A stretch of DNA of 60,674 nt, filler included, from Sanchytrium tribonematis (lineage: Eukaryota): assembly GCA_018985235.1 (NCBI GenBank). It is 4 parts of 4 records of this genome, joined end to end, with 100 filler letters (N's around TTAATTAATTAA, not from the genome) between each part and the next. Parts side by side here need not be neighbours in the genome. Positions count along the whole stretch, not along the records: positions 1 to 15,158 come from JADGIG010000155.1; positions 15,259 to 30,366 come from JADGIG010000156.1; 2 more parts are not named here. One strand, given 5' to 3'. Under the pieces are notes generated by a model. The model ran no database searches. It was not told the DNA's origin and saw only the letters and a list, made by a program, of their open reading frames with translations. The translations under genes and the position numbers were made by a program. Position 1 is the stretch's first letter, and each line of letters begins with the position of its first letter. This document shows, one piece after another, positions 9,320-19,770 of this stretch.

Positions 9320-12300
9320 TTATTCGTTTAGTAAAATAGTACTGGTTTGTACGTGTGTCACGTCTACATGCTCAATATCCTTTCGAACAGGTTTTCTGAA
9401 TAATTTACAGATTAAGCGCACAATCAAAACAAACACAATTTGCAACCCAGCAAATCCGCAGCACACACCCCATTCGGTAGAAGACAAGGGTACTGTTCCC
9501 AATATGGTACCAAATTGTACCATCAATACCTGAACTATGCCGATTAACAGCATAATGACCAGAAAATATAAATTATGAAATATTCCCTTGAAGATGTTTA
9601 ATTCGCCATAAAGTTGTCTAGCTGTAAATTCATTGCTAATTTGCATTAACACAAACTGAGTAAAAATCATGGTTTCCTGATTTTTAATGCTAGGAGAAGT
9701 ACCAGGTACAATTGGGTAAATTGCCATAAAACAAATTAAGACTGCCAATTGATAAATTGTTTGCGTGCCTACGTAAACCATCATAGTTCCACTTAAGACG
9801 CTTGAGTTCTTTTTCATGGGCTTTTCCAGCAAAATGTCATTTTGTGGCGTGTCAGTTGCAAGAGCCAATGCGCCCAATGTATCCATAATTAAATTAACCC
9901 ATAATAATTGTACTGTATTCAAGGGTTCGGCATCAAGCACGCAGGATCCTATAATGGTGACTAAAATGGCAACTAAATTTACGCTTAATTGGAATTGAAG
10001 AAACTTTCTCACCACTTTCAGGACATTTCTACCCCATTTTATAGCATTCACAATTGAAGCAAAATTGTCATCCAATAAAATAATGTCACAACTATTAATC
10101 GCAATTTGGGTGCCGTTAATTCCCATAGCAAAACCAATATCACTTGATTTTAAAGCAGGAGCATCATTTGTGCCATCTCCCGTAACAGCAACTGTCTCTT
10201 TCAATTCTTTCAGTATATTTACCAATGAATGTTTATCAGCTGGACTTGAACGGCTTAATATAGCCAATCGAGGAGCAATGGCGATGCTTTGATCTCGAGA
10301 CAATTTTCTAAATATGGGACCCTCCATTACTATTTGTTTGTACCTATTTTCTTCCAACAAGCATTCCAGATTTTTACAGTAAGAGCTATGTAATATATTA
10401 CACTCAGTCGCTACATTAATGGCTGTCAACATATTATCACCTGTCACCATTTTAACCTGAATTCCGGCTCGCTGGCATTGAACAACAGCCAATGGTACTT
10501 GTTTTCTGACTGGATCACGAATAGCGAATAAGCCCAGCAAAACCATATCATGCTCCAAGTGACTCATTTCCTCAGAATTTACGAATGTAGGATAATTTTT
10601 GAAAGCAAGTGCTAATGTCCTGAATCCGTGTTGCGCCCACTCTTCGATTACATATCTCAATTGTTGCTTTTCTACATCTGATAATCCATTGATCTCATTA
10701 TTTGAAAATTGAAATTGGCAATTTTGAATAACTTGCTCTGGGGCGCCTTTGCAATGTAATCTGGCCAAAGGATACGAATTGTCGAAATCGAAAAGATTCA
10801 GTGGCTTTATGACAGTTGACATGGATTTCTTTTCGCTATTAAATAAATGCTGTTCCATGATTTCAAGAGATTTTCGAGCTTCTAAATAATCCACATCAAA
10901 AATTTTCAAAAACATCAGCAAAGCACCTTCTGTAGCACTACCAATAAAAGACACTTGATTATTTTTAAAAGTCAAAAGTGCCGTGGTGTTGATTGATATG
11001 GCTTCGGTCAAAATAGGGAGGTATCGGTTTGGCAAATCTTCGTGTTCAAAGACCCTCCCATCAATGAAGCACTTGGATACACTCATTCTATTTTCAGTCA
11101 ATGTACCTGTTTTATCTGTGCAAATGACAGTTGCTTGTCCCATTGTCTCTGAGGCTCGCAAATGGCGAACAAAACATTTGTCATTTATCATTTTGAACAT
11201 CGAAAAGGCCAAAGAAATGGTCACTGCCAATGGTAAACCTTCTGGGACTGCTACCACAACCATAGTTACACCAATTACAAAGTAGTGAGCAAGATGAAAT
11301 AAAATTGCATCCGCGCCATCGTAAAAATGACTACCCTGGGCCAAGTATTTTATCAGTAATACTAAAAAAGTTGTTATTCCTGCAATGAATCCAAATCTCC
11401 CTATTAAATTGGCTAACTGACTCAATTGTTCCTGTAATGGTGTTTCACTGTTTTGATCTGCATTTAGCAATTGCTGGATTTTCCCGCCACAACTTTGGAC
11501 GCCCACAGCTGTAACTAACATTTTACATTTCCCTTCAGTTACAAGGCATCCACTAAACAAAAAAGGAGACCTGTTGCTTTTTTTGACAGGAAAGGATTCA
11601 CCAGTCAGGGGCGATTCATCGACGACGATAATCTGGTTATTAAACAATAAACCGTCTCCTGGAATTTCATCACCAGGCTCCAAAACTACAATATCTCCAA
11701 CAAGTAAATCCCAAGAACTAATTTGTTCAATCTCTCCATCTCGAAAAACTTTACATTTTTTGTCACTTTGAAGAACCAACAACTTTCTGAATTTCTTGTC
11801 CTTGAAAAAGTCATTTCCAGCTGTTACAGTCAAAACGATTATAACAGCAATTAATATGGCAACTCCTTCACTCCACCCATAAAGCGGATCTTGAATCAGT
11901 CCAAGGATTAAAATCACTACACTGCCGAGTATAAGTATCTTCAAAATAGGGTCTTCGGTAGCAGTGTGGTACACAATTCCAAAAACAGTCAAGGCTGGCG
12001 GCAAAGGAATAATATTTTGTCCGTACTTTGTGACTCTCTGGTTACCGTCAATTGGAAGTTTTTGGAGTCTGTTAATTTTTAAATCCGTATGAAATAGCGT
12101 TTTTTGCAGCAAATTGCGTTTGATGTGAGATCCTCTTCGATGTTCTACTTTTTTAAAATTCAAGCTTACATTTGACTCTTTTAGTCCTCCATATTCAAGA
12201 CCCATATTAATGTTGACACGCAGCAAGTTGCAAATACCTTCTACCCCATCATAACTAAGAGTTAGCATGTTCAATAATTCAATATTTGTTCTCTCATCAA

Positions 12301-12415
12301 AATTAACTATTTTTTGCAAATCTTCCGCTGATAGTACAAATTGGGATGTTAAATTTGACAATTCAAATATTGAATTTCTTTTTCTTTGCATTTTACTCAT
12401 TATTTCTGCATCCAT
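9320..12415 (-). CDS. PMC1: P2B-type Ca2+-ATPase (PMCA/Pmc1 family)
   Basis: DESPLTGES, VVAVPEGLPLAVT, DKTGTLTEN, VTGDN, TGDGTNDAPAL, KFLQFQLSVN and QLLWVNLIMDT. Confidence 0.93.
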   Translation of the reverse strand: MDAEIMSKMQRKRNSIFELSNLTSQFVLSAEDLQKIVNFDERTNIELLNMLTLSYDGVEGICNLLRVNINMGLEYGGLKESNVSLNFKKVEHRRGSHIKRNLLQKTLFHTDLKINRLQKLPIDGNQRVTKYGQNIIPLPPALTVFGIVYHTATEDPILKILILGSVVILILGLIQDPLYGWSEGVAILIAVIIVLTVTAGNDFFKDKKFRKLLVLQSDKKCKVFRDGEIEQISSWDLLVGDIVVLEPGDEIPGDGLLFNNQIIVVDESPLTGESFPVKKSNRSPFLFSGCLVTEGKCKMLVTAVGVQSCGGKIQQLLNADQNSETPLQEQLSQLANLIGRFGFIAGITTFLVLLIKYLAQGSHFYDGADAILFHLAHYFVIGVTMVVVAVPEGLPLAVTISLAFSMFKMINDKCFVRHLRASETMGQATVICTDKTGTLTENRMSVSKCFIDGRVFEHEDLPNRYLPILTEAISINTTALLTFKNNQVSFIGSATEGALLMFLKIFDVDYLEARKSLEIMEQHLFNSEKKSMSTVIKPLNLFDFDNSYPLARLHCKGAPEQVIQNCQFQFSNNEINGLSDVEKQQLRYVIEEWAQHGFRTLALAFKNYPTFVNSEEMSHLEHDMVLLGLFAIRDPVRKQVPLAVVQCQRAGIQVKMVTGDNMLTAINVATECNILHSSYCKNLECLLEENRYKQIVMEGPIFRKLSRDQSIAIAPRLAILSRSSPADKHSLVNILKELKETVAVTGDGTNDAPALKSSDIGFAMGINGTQIAINSCDIILLDDNFASIVNAIKWGRNVLKVVRKFLQFQLSVNLVAILVTIIGSCVLDAEPLNTVQLLWVNLIMDTLGALALATDTPQNDILLEKPMKKNSSVLSGTMMVYVGTQTIYQLAVLICFMAIYPIVPGTSPSIKNQETMIFTQFVLMQISNEFTARQLYGELNIFKGIFHNLYFLVIMLLIGIVQVLMVQFGTILGTVPLSSTEWGVCCGFAGLQIVFVLIVRLICKLFRKPVRKDIEHVDVTHVQTSTILLNE

Positions 12416-12819
12416 CACTAAAACAAAGAATTAAAACAAAGAAACTGGCCTTGAAGAAGGATTAAGTCACAATTTTAGAACAATATTACAAACCTAATGA
12501 TTTATATTTATCACAAAAATTAAAAATGAAGTCGCCAAATAATGATTATGTGCGAAGACGTCATTTTGATGATTTTAAGTCATATAAACAATAGCTGGAA
12601 AATTTTAAGACATATTGTAGCATGTAAATCGTCTAGCAAGTATTGCTGGAAATTTTGACCTTAAGAAAAAGTTTCAAGGAAAGAGTTTTTTCATAATATT
12701 GTTTTGTATTTAATCCTAATCGTTTAAAAGGCACCGACGCTGCTATTACATTCTAAATTAATAGTTCATCTGTATGACTACTTTAAAGACCTTAATATTA
12801 AATTGGCTGAATAATTTAT

Positions 12820-13497
12820 TTAATTTGATTCTTCATAATCGATGGCGTAAGAAATTACACTATCTAAACTATCGAGATCTAGCGTCATCAATTCCAAAAC
12901 GAGATCGTTGTTGTTCAAGTGTGAAATGAATTTTTTACAGCAATCAATAGTTGTCATTTTATAAATGTTTAAAAATTTTAGGCGATTTCTCAGAAATCTA
13001 TATTGACTAGCATACTCTCGAACACTCAGATCACCTTGCGTAAGCTCAGAAAATTTTCTTAAACTTTTTAGCTTGTATAATGTCGTCAAAGTTTTTGAAA
13101 AATAAATTTTTTTGAGATCATTCCAAAGCTCAAAGTCGGTCTTGTTGCGTTCTTCTCCTGTTCTTAAGTCGATGTAAGAAGGCTTCAACTTTGCCGCTTT
13201 GCACATGGTATCGTGGTGATAATCTTTAAATAAAATATCAAAATAATAAAAAACGCAATCACCATAAGACCCTCCATACCCTAAAATGACATTTTCATAG
13301 TGGTTAATGAAGTTAATGGGATCAGTGAGTTTATCAAAAGGCTTCAGAAGCCCTTTAGGGATCATTGTCAAATGAAAACGATTTGATTCGAAGTCGCTGC
13401 GCCTTATAACAGTTGTCAAACTGCCATCTGCTTCTATTTTAGAAACTATATTTATAAAATTTGTTCGAGCAGCTACAAACATTTCGGAAGACACCAT
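12820..13497 (-). CDS. Stand-alone Ty3/gypsy-like Gag capsid-domain protein (retrotransposon-derived)
   Basis: W.DLKK.Y....., L.QGDLSVREY..QY..L (MHR-like) and F.SHL...L...L.....SLD.VI..A..YE match the Retrotrans_gag/capsid pattern. No pol ORF nearby. Confidence 0.7.
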   Translation of the reverse strand: MVSSEMFVAARTNFINIVSKIEADGSLTTVIRRSDFESNRFHLTMIPKGLLKPFDKLTDPINFINHYENVILGYGGSYGDCVFYYFDILFKDYHHDTMCKAAKLKPSYIDLRTGEERNKTDFELWNDLKKIYFSKTLTTLYKLKSLRKFSELTQGDLSVREYASQYRFLRNRLKFLNIYKMTTIDCCKKFISHLNNNDLVLELMTLDLDSLDSVISYAIDYEESN

Positions 13498-13733
13498 ACT
13501 TTGTTTGAATCATTATCTTTAAAAGAAAACTTTTATTAAATTATTGCAAATCAAAAACTCTTAAATTGCTTGCACGTCTGAGACATACATCGTATTATTC
13601 CTGTACTCTTAGTTTAATACTCGAGTAAAATTATTGAAATCTTTATCTTAACGTTGTTCGAAACGCCTCAACAATTGTTTCAAAAGATACAACAAAAAGA
13701 AATTAAAATAATCATAATTTACTAATCACATAC

Positions 13734-13910
13734 TTACCACCAGCCTCCCCAACCGCCGTACCAGCTACCCATACCTCCCCAGCCTCCCCAACCACCGTAT
13801 CCATATCCGCCGTATCCGCCGTATCCACCGTATCCACCGTATCCACCATAATACGGATAACCATAGTAGTATGGAAGCGCTATCGTTGTAACTGTAATCA
13901 AAGGATTCAT
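13734..13910 (-). CDS. 58-aa Gly/Tyr/Trp-rich peptide MNPLITVTTIALPYYYGYPYYGGYGGYGGYGGYGGYGYGGWGGWGGMGSWYGGWGGWW
   Basis: Hand translation; below the ORF-track cutoff. GGY/GGW repeats vary at synonymous sites. TATAAAA lies about 25 nt upstream. Confidence 0.8.
   Translation of the reverse strand: MNPLITVTTIALPYYYGYPYYGGYGGYGGYGGYGGYGYGGWGGWGGMGSWYGGWGGWW
13795..13850. repeat. 9-bp tandem repeat (CCGTATCC[A/G]) encoding GGY units
   Basis: Directly visible; lies inside the 13734-13910 CDS. Confidence 0.85.
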
Positions 13911-14237
13911 CCCTGCTTCTCCGTTGGGTTTCTTTTATAACGCAGGTCAGAAATTGATTGGTGCCCTTTTTGACAGAAGAGTCCCCGAGTTAAATTGACG
14001 TTTGTTCCATGATAAATAAGGTTTTCCTTTCGATTTGATGATTATTGAATGTCGATGATTCACATAAAGAATTATCCTATTTGAAATTGAGTACTGTTCC
14101 TACAACTTTTGCTCTGAATTCCTAAATGGATAAACTTGTACGAAATGTCAAGCTCTTTTTATTACGTATTTAGTAAGAGAAATTAAGTCGTTATCCCAAA
14201 TAAACTTAACCCAACTCCTTGTCGTGTTACAACGGCA

Positions 14238-14819
14238 ATGAAACAATGTCGAATTTGCTACGATTCTGAGAATCAAGAGGAATTAATTAGCCCTTGTCTT
14301 TGTAAAGGATCCCAGAAGTGGGTTCACGTAGAATGTCTCAATGAATGGAGAGCAACCTCGCAGCAAAGTTTTTATAAATGCCCAACCTGTAAATATGAAT
14401 ATAGGGTGGAAAGAACACAATGGGCGAAATATGTCCATCATCCATATACATTGGTAGCTTTGACTTTGATTATTATCATTTTGATTATATTATTTATTGC
14501 ATATTTTCTCAACTTTTTTCTTTATATTTTAGGATCTGGGTTCGTCCAAAATGCATGGCAAATTAGCAGACAAGTTGTTTGGTGGGCAACAATTGCTGTA
14601 GGCATTGCCGCATTTGTATTTCTCACTGATCGTGAAGATTTCAATTTCAATTTTGACAGTCTTTATTTCTTTTCGTTTTCTAATTTAATGTATTATGCTT
14701 CATTCGCCGGGCTGTCTGCTCTATTTGCGTTAGTTTATGCGGTAGTCAAGCACTATTGTATGCAACTTTTAAACATACTTGGAGAAAAAATTTTGCAAGT
14801 CAACCCAGATGAAGAATAG
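14238..14819 (+). CDS. Membrane-associated RING-CH (MARCH-type) E3 ubiquitin ligase
   Basis: CRICY...LISPCLCKGSQKWVHVECLNEW...CPTC, followed by TM helices. Confidence 0.88.
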   Translation: MKQCRICYDSENQEELISPCLCKGSQKWVHVECLNEWRATSQQSFYKCPTCKYEYRVERTQWAKYVHHPYTLVALTLIIIILIILFIAYFLNFFLYILGSGFVQNAWQISRQVVWWATIAVGIAAFVFLTDREDFNFNFDSLYFFSFSNLMYYASFAGLSALFALVYAVVKHYCMQLLNILGEKILQVNPDEE

Positions 14820-15158
14820 ATTTATTATTAAAGACAGAATCATATTTAATTCCGGATTTATTATGGGGAGCAACTATTGTCAAGCTCCTACAGTTGACGA
14901 TGACCTTCAAATAACTAAAAATATATGCTAAATGTCGTTCTCGACAAAATAGATCGATTTGAAGCTAAAGTGGCTCACATGCAAAAGTAACCACGCATTA
15001 TCTATGTCAGCAAATCACTACTCTTTACTTAATTATCCTCCTTGTGTAATCACTATCAGTACCTCAAAACTTTGCTGTCAGGAACATAACTTACAAATGC
15101 TTTCAAGTGAGCACTCCTCTGCTAGATAATTAGCTATGAAATTGAATTATATGTCTTA

Positions 15159-15258
15159 NNNNNNNNNNNNNNNNNNNNNNNNNNNNNNNNNNNNNNNNNN
15201 NNTTAATTAATTAANNNNNNNNNNNNNNNNNNNNNNNNNNNNNNNNNNNNNNNNNNNN
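15159..15258. other. Artificial contig spacer (N44-TTAATTAATTAA-N44)
   Basis: 100-nt spacer with stops in all six frames, repeated identically three times. Confidence 0.97.
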
Positions 15259-15530
15259 CAGGCTGGAGTTTGTCAAATGAGCAAGAAAAATATCCTAGAA
15301 TGACATTTTGGAGATATTTTAGCACCAGTGTTCTTAGTAAGTTTGTATTCCCTTGGCAAACGAAGCTGGATGAATTGCTACTGAAAGTTAAGCAGCGGAA
15401 TTTTAAAGATAGTGCCACATTATGTTCAGATCTACCATTCTGGCCCAAGAAGTTGTTGTCGGAGTGGCACCGAGATGTTGCTGATCACGAAAAAGTAAAA
15501 GAATTAAGTTTGGTACTGGAAACTAACTAA
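15259..15530 (+). CDS. 3' fragment of a gene truncated by the contig edge
   Basis: Open frame from the contig start to TAA at 15530. Family not recognised. Confidence 0.45.
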
Positions 15531-15592
15531 GGTTCTTGAGAGGTATACTTTGTCACAGTTATCAACACAGAATGAATGAGTAAAACCATTTA

Positions 15593-17384
15593 TTAGACTT
15601 CAATGAATCTGATATAATTTTTGAGCCAAATTGCAGTGCTCTCGTCTAATATGGGAGTTAACTCTTCCAAACATCTTTTTTGATATGCATTAAACCATTG
15701 TTTTTCTGTCTTTGTTAGGATTTCGCAATCCAACAAATTGAAGTCCAAAGGGAAAACAGTAATATTTTCAAAGTGAAGCCAATTTTGCTGTGGTTTAGAA
15801 TAGCCCTTCAAATACGGTTGTATTAGAAGAATAGTCTCAATTCTGATTCCAAATTCGTTTGTTTCATAATAGCCTGGTTCATTCGTGATTGTCATACCGG
15901 ATTTGAGTGGGAAATTTGCAAATTCTTGCCTACGTTAAATTCAAATACCTAAATCCAATACCGTGAGGACCTTCGTGAACGTTGAGAAAAAATCCAACAC
16001 CGTGACCCGTACCATGCCGATAATCAAGCCCGGCTGCCCAAAGATGTTGTCTAGCTATAGCATCAATTTGAAATCCAGATAAGCCTTCAGGAAATACCAA
16101 GCTATCAATTGCAATATGGCCCTTTAATACTCTAGTGTATGCTTCTTTTACAAAGTCCGAAGGTTTTTCGGTTCCAAGCCAAACTGTCCTAGTAATATCG
16201 GTAGTGCCGTCAAGATATTGTCCTCCGCTGTCGACCAACAAGCATCCATCTACAATCACAGAAGAAGCTGATTGTTCCGGCTTGTAATGAATTATTGCCC
16301 CATTTTTCCCCATTCCGATAATAGAGTCAAATGATTCACCCTGAAAAAAGTCTTGATGAGCTCTAAATTCCCTTAATTTTTTAGATGCCGAAAATTCTGA
16401 AATATTTTCCTTTTTGTAGGTTGAAAAAAGCCATTGAAAGAACGATGCTAGTGCAGCACCATCTCTTAAATGACAATTTCTGAATCCTTGCTGTTCTTCT
16501 TTCGTCTTGATTGACTTGAGGTGATATGCAGACGATTTCTCTGTTATTACCAACTCTTTTTCTCTAGAAATTGCAATCTTGGCATTTAAGCGACTATCGA
16601 TTAAAACTTTTCCTGGAATGGTCTTCAAAATTTTGACGACCATGTCGCTGTCATAGGGATGTATTTGAATTTCCATTTTTTTCAAATATTTATCGACTTC
16701 ATGACTTAGTTTTGATGCATCAATGAAGAGATGGCAAGAATTTTTACCCAGAATTAAATAGGAGAAAAAAACCGGATTAAAAGGCACATCTTTTCCTCTC
16801 AAATTGAGGATATATGCAATATCATCAAGGATTGCATAAACGGCGGAATTGCAACCCTTTTTTTCGATATCCTGACGAAGAGCTTTTAGTTTGTCATCAG
16901 AGCTTCTTCCAGTGTTGCTGCATAATATTAATTGAAAATTCTCCCCAGTAGGTCGTTCGGGGCGTGCGGTCCATACGGAATCGATTAAGTTTTCAGTCAG
17001 TTCCAGACGCAAAGGCTCGATAGTGCTTTTCAATTTCAGATACTCTGAATAGGGTACGGTAAGTGGGTCAATTGCAACAGTACCGCTTACAGAATTTAAA
17101 AGCCACTCTTCTTTAGAAAGGCAATCCACAGTTCCCATTTTCATTAATTTGATTTCGGCTGGTAATTGATTTTCGGCCTGCAGAAAATAGCGCCCATCAG
17201 TCCACAAAGCTGCATTTTCTTGAGCAATAATTGCAAATCCTGCACTTCCTGTGAAATTCGTAATAAAGGCTCTTCTCCCATCACATGGATGAACATACTC
17301 ACTGAAATGTGCGTCTTCTGAAGGGACAATAAATGCAGAAATTTGCTTTTTGCGCAGCAACTGACGCAACGAGGCTAGTGACAT
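15593..17384 (-). CDS. Xaa-Pro aminopeptidase (aminopeptidase P, XPNPEP1/Fra1 family), 2 exons: 17384-15949 and 15929-15593
   Basis: PSEDAHFSEY, FTGSAG, WTDGRY, DSGGQYLDGTTDITRT, HGTGHGVG, VHEGP, and after splicing GMTITNEPGYY..FGIRIE. Confidence 0.93.
15930..15948 (-). other. 19-nt intron GTATTTGAATTTAACGTAG (phase 2)
   Basis: Removal joins HEGPHGIGFR to QEFANFPLKSGMTITNEPGYY in frame. Confidence 0.92.
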
Positions 17385-17399
17385 TTTCCAAGGGGAACC

Positions 17400-17801
17400 A
17401 TGTTTAAGCATTTCTTTCGCCGAGCAAGCAGGATCGAGACTTCAGAACTGCATTCTAAAGAGCATATTGATAGAATTGCCAAAGAATTGAGTGAGGCACA
17501 AAAGTTATGGGATAATGGCGAATCTGTCAAATTTAAGCATCTAGCAATGATTTCCGCTTCAGCTGTTATTGTTTTTGGTATCTTTTATCTGAAAAACGAT
17601 AAAGAAAATGCAATTTCACAATATATAGTTCATAAAATGACTCCAGAGTCAATAAATGATAAGAAACAGTTGAAAACACTACTCACTCACCAAGAATTGA
17701 GTGAAAATCGATTGATCATTGACAAACTGGTAACACCTCAATTTTCAACCAAGGATCCTTATCTTCAAGAAAGAGGATCTCCTTTCAATACACATTATTG
17801 A
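17400..17801 (+). CDS. Probable mitochondrial single-TM protein (possibly a complex I accessory subunit)
   Basis: Arg/Phe-rich N-terminus, one hydrophobic segment and a C-terminal GSPFN. The family assignment is tentative. Confidence 0.55.
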   Translation: MFKHFFRRASRIETSELHSKEHIDRIAKELSEAQKLWDNGESVKFKHLAMISASAVIVFGIFYLKNDKENAISQYIVHKMTPESINDKKQLKTLLTHQELSENRLIIDKLVTPQFSTKDPYLQERGSPFNTHY

Positions 17802-17841
17802 ATAAATTTACTTCAGAAATCCATTATATTGAGCCAACTGC

Positions 17842-18795
17842 TTAGAAAAAAATGTCCTCCTCCTCTAAAATTGTTTCTACATCTCTATCGCCAACTTTAC
17901 CCGGAATAACAGCGTTTCCCGTGAAATCTGAATCAGACTGCTCAGTGTAAGTGTTAATAGCACCACTAGAATTGTCATCTCCATTCTGTGCTGAATTGTC
18001 ATAAAACTTCATTTCAAGCCATTCTACATTTTTAATCCTAGTTACATATTTAGTATATAGATCCATTAACTCGCTCTCTAACTTTTCAAATTCATCCATA
18101 TAGGCTGGCCGAATATGCTTCAAACTTTTCAATCGCTCTGACCTTCTTTCCAATTCGGATTCTTTGTTTTCAATTTTCAACCTTATATTTTTAGACTCTT
18201 GTTGTACACTTCTTAAGTCATCTACTGTAGCGCTGTACGCAGAAGCAAATTTGTTACACTCTTCCTGTATATGGCCAGACATGCGATTTAAGTCAATAGA
18301 TTCAGATAAGACTTTTTTTCTTCGAAGATCAAGCTCATTTTCATTTTGTAATTGAAAGTACAATGCCTTGCCGCTATCAGCTATGTTATCGCACAATGAA
18401 CGAAATTGTTTCGTTTCAATTCTATTAATTGCAGAAGAGACATGGCTTTTATCGCTAATTGTTTCCAATGCGCTCTTTATATACTTTGATATTTTTAAAA
18501 GTTCTCTTACACTTGAAATATCACTCCTGTAGAGATTTGCTATATTAATTATCGAAAGTTGTGGAACTAATTGGAAAAGATGTGCTACATATGCTTTAAA
18601 AAAGGTGATTCTCTCCTTGGAAGTCGATATATTGAGCTTTATGTTAAAGTTGGGATCCAATTGATTGGTCATATACACCAAAACATCAGCCATCATATCA
18701 AACCGAGGTTCTATTCTTAACTGGTCAAGGAAAATGCTCTGATACCCCAGTTCTATTAAATTAAATTCAAGTAATTGAATTTCCTTGAAACTCAT
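17842..18795 (-). CDS. CLUAP1: Clusterin-associated protein 1 / intraflagellar transport protein IFT38
   Basis: LY.SD...VRELLKI, KIENKESELER...RLKSLK.IRPAYMDEFEKLE.EL..LY..YV.R..N..WLE, and an acidic tail. Confidence 0.85.
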   Translation of the reverse strand: MSFKEIQLLEFNLIELGYQSIFLDQLRIEPRFDMMADVLVYMTNQLDPNFNIKLNISTSKERITFFKAYVAHLFQLVPQLSIINIANLYRSDISSVRELLKISKYIKSALETISDKSHVSSAINRIETKQFRSLCDNIADSGKALYFQLQNENELDLRRKKVLSESIDLNRMSGHIQEECNKFASAYSATVDDLRSVQQESKNIRLKIENKESELERRSERLKSLKHIRPAYMDEFEKLESELMDLYTKYVTRIKNVEWLEMKFYDNSAQNGDDNSSGAINTYTEQSDSDFTGNAVIPGKVGDRDVETILEEEDIFF

Positions 18796-18822
18796 GTAGT
18801 ATTCAAAACAAGGGATTTATTT

Positions 18823-19707
18823 TTACGAATCATTATTTGCAAATTCGCTTATCGACTGATCAATTGGAACTGCAATCTGCATTTCAGCAAAACTACTTCT
18901 TCTCTTTCGACATTGAAGTATTTTTCCATAATTATTTTTAGGGGAATCTGCCTCGTGATAAAAAATCTTCTCAATCTCATCCTTTAATTCATGAATATCC
19001 CTAGAACTTGAGGCATTTGATCTGCTATTATACTTAGGCGCACTTTTATCATGAGCAAAAGATATTCTTGTACTGTTTTGTTTAAATAGTCCTTTCAAAG
19101 TATTATTTCGGCTTACCGCAGAGCTGGAATTTTTTCTTCGCTGGGAACTATCTGCCAACGATGCTCTTCTCATCAGCAATTCAATGTTCGCACCAGGTGA
19201 ACTATCATTAGAATTTATAATTCTTTGACTCAATGATTCGCTGACGACGTTAAGCATTTGTCGATATGTCCGAATTAAATCAGAATCTCGATTGAACTCT
19301 GCGTCATTTTGCTTTCTGGTGAAAAATTCAACAAGCTTCAAATGATGCGGGTGAATGACTGTATATCCAAATGACCTAATAGCGAGAGTTCTCACGCTCT
19401 CATCCAAGATTTGATCTAAGTTATACAAAAGTCCTTGGACAATTGGTAAAAGTTTAGTATAAAAGTATACCCACACGTCAGATAACTTTAAAATTAAATT
19501 TTCAATCTCTAAATCCTTTAATTTTGCAGCAATATTTTCCATTGACTGTTCTAGCAACAATTTTGACTGCTTATTTAAAAGATCAACTTCTTGCTGTAAT
19601 ATTTCAGGCTTGAACAAGTCATTGAGAATCTCAATTGAATTCAAGTTATTGGGATCGGAAATATAAGTTGAAATATGAGCAGCAACAGTTATAAATGGTT
19701 CATTCAT
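18823..19707 (-). CDS. HbrB-domain protein (Bit61/Protor-like TORC2 subunit)
   Basis: LILKLSDVWVYFYTKLLPIVQGLLYNL...VRTLAIRSF..VIHP matches the HbrB pattern; low-complexity Ser-rich tail. Confidence 0.7.
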   Translation of the reverse strand: MNEPFITVAAHISTYISDPNNLNSIEILNDLFKPEILQQEVDLLNKQSKLLLEQSMENIAAKLKDLEIENLILKLSDVWVYFYTKLLPIVQGLLYNLDQILDESVRTLAIRSFGYTVIHPHHLKLVEFFTRKQNDAEFNRDSDLIRTYRQMLNVVSESLSQRIINSNDSSPGANIELLMRRASLADSSQRRKNSSSAVSRNNTLKGLFKQNSTRISFAHDKSAPKYNSRSNASSSRDIHELKDEIEKIFYHEADSPKNNYGKILQCRKRRSSFAEMQIAVPIDQSISEFANNDS

Positions 19708-19770
19708 TTTCTTTGATTTTATATGTGAAACTAAGAAACAAAAAAAATTAAGTTATCGTTCAATTTGTAT

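Noticed and set aside
9816..11771. Antisense ORFs inside PMCA (and similar ones inside the ABCG, ROCK, GBF1 and Doa10 genes)
   Set aside because: They are shadow frames of real genes with no independent coding signal.
12419..13733. Full LTR retrotransposon around the Gag-like ORF
   Set aside because: No pol ORF, paired LTRs or primer-binding site could be seen by eye.
13741..13860. GC-rich repeat as a CRISPR array, telomere or non-coding satellite
   Set aside because: It has no spacers, and its 9-nt period with third-position variation encodes GGY/GGW.
15203..15214. TTAATTAATTAA palindrome flanked by Ns (also 30411 and 45576) as a biological repeat
   Set aside because: It is an identical synthetic six-frame stop linker within 100-nt spacers.
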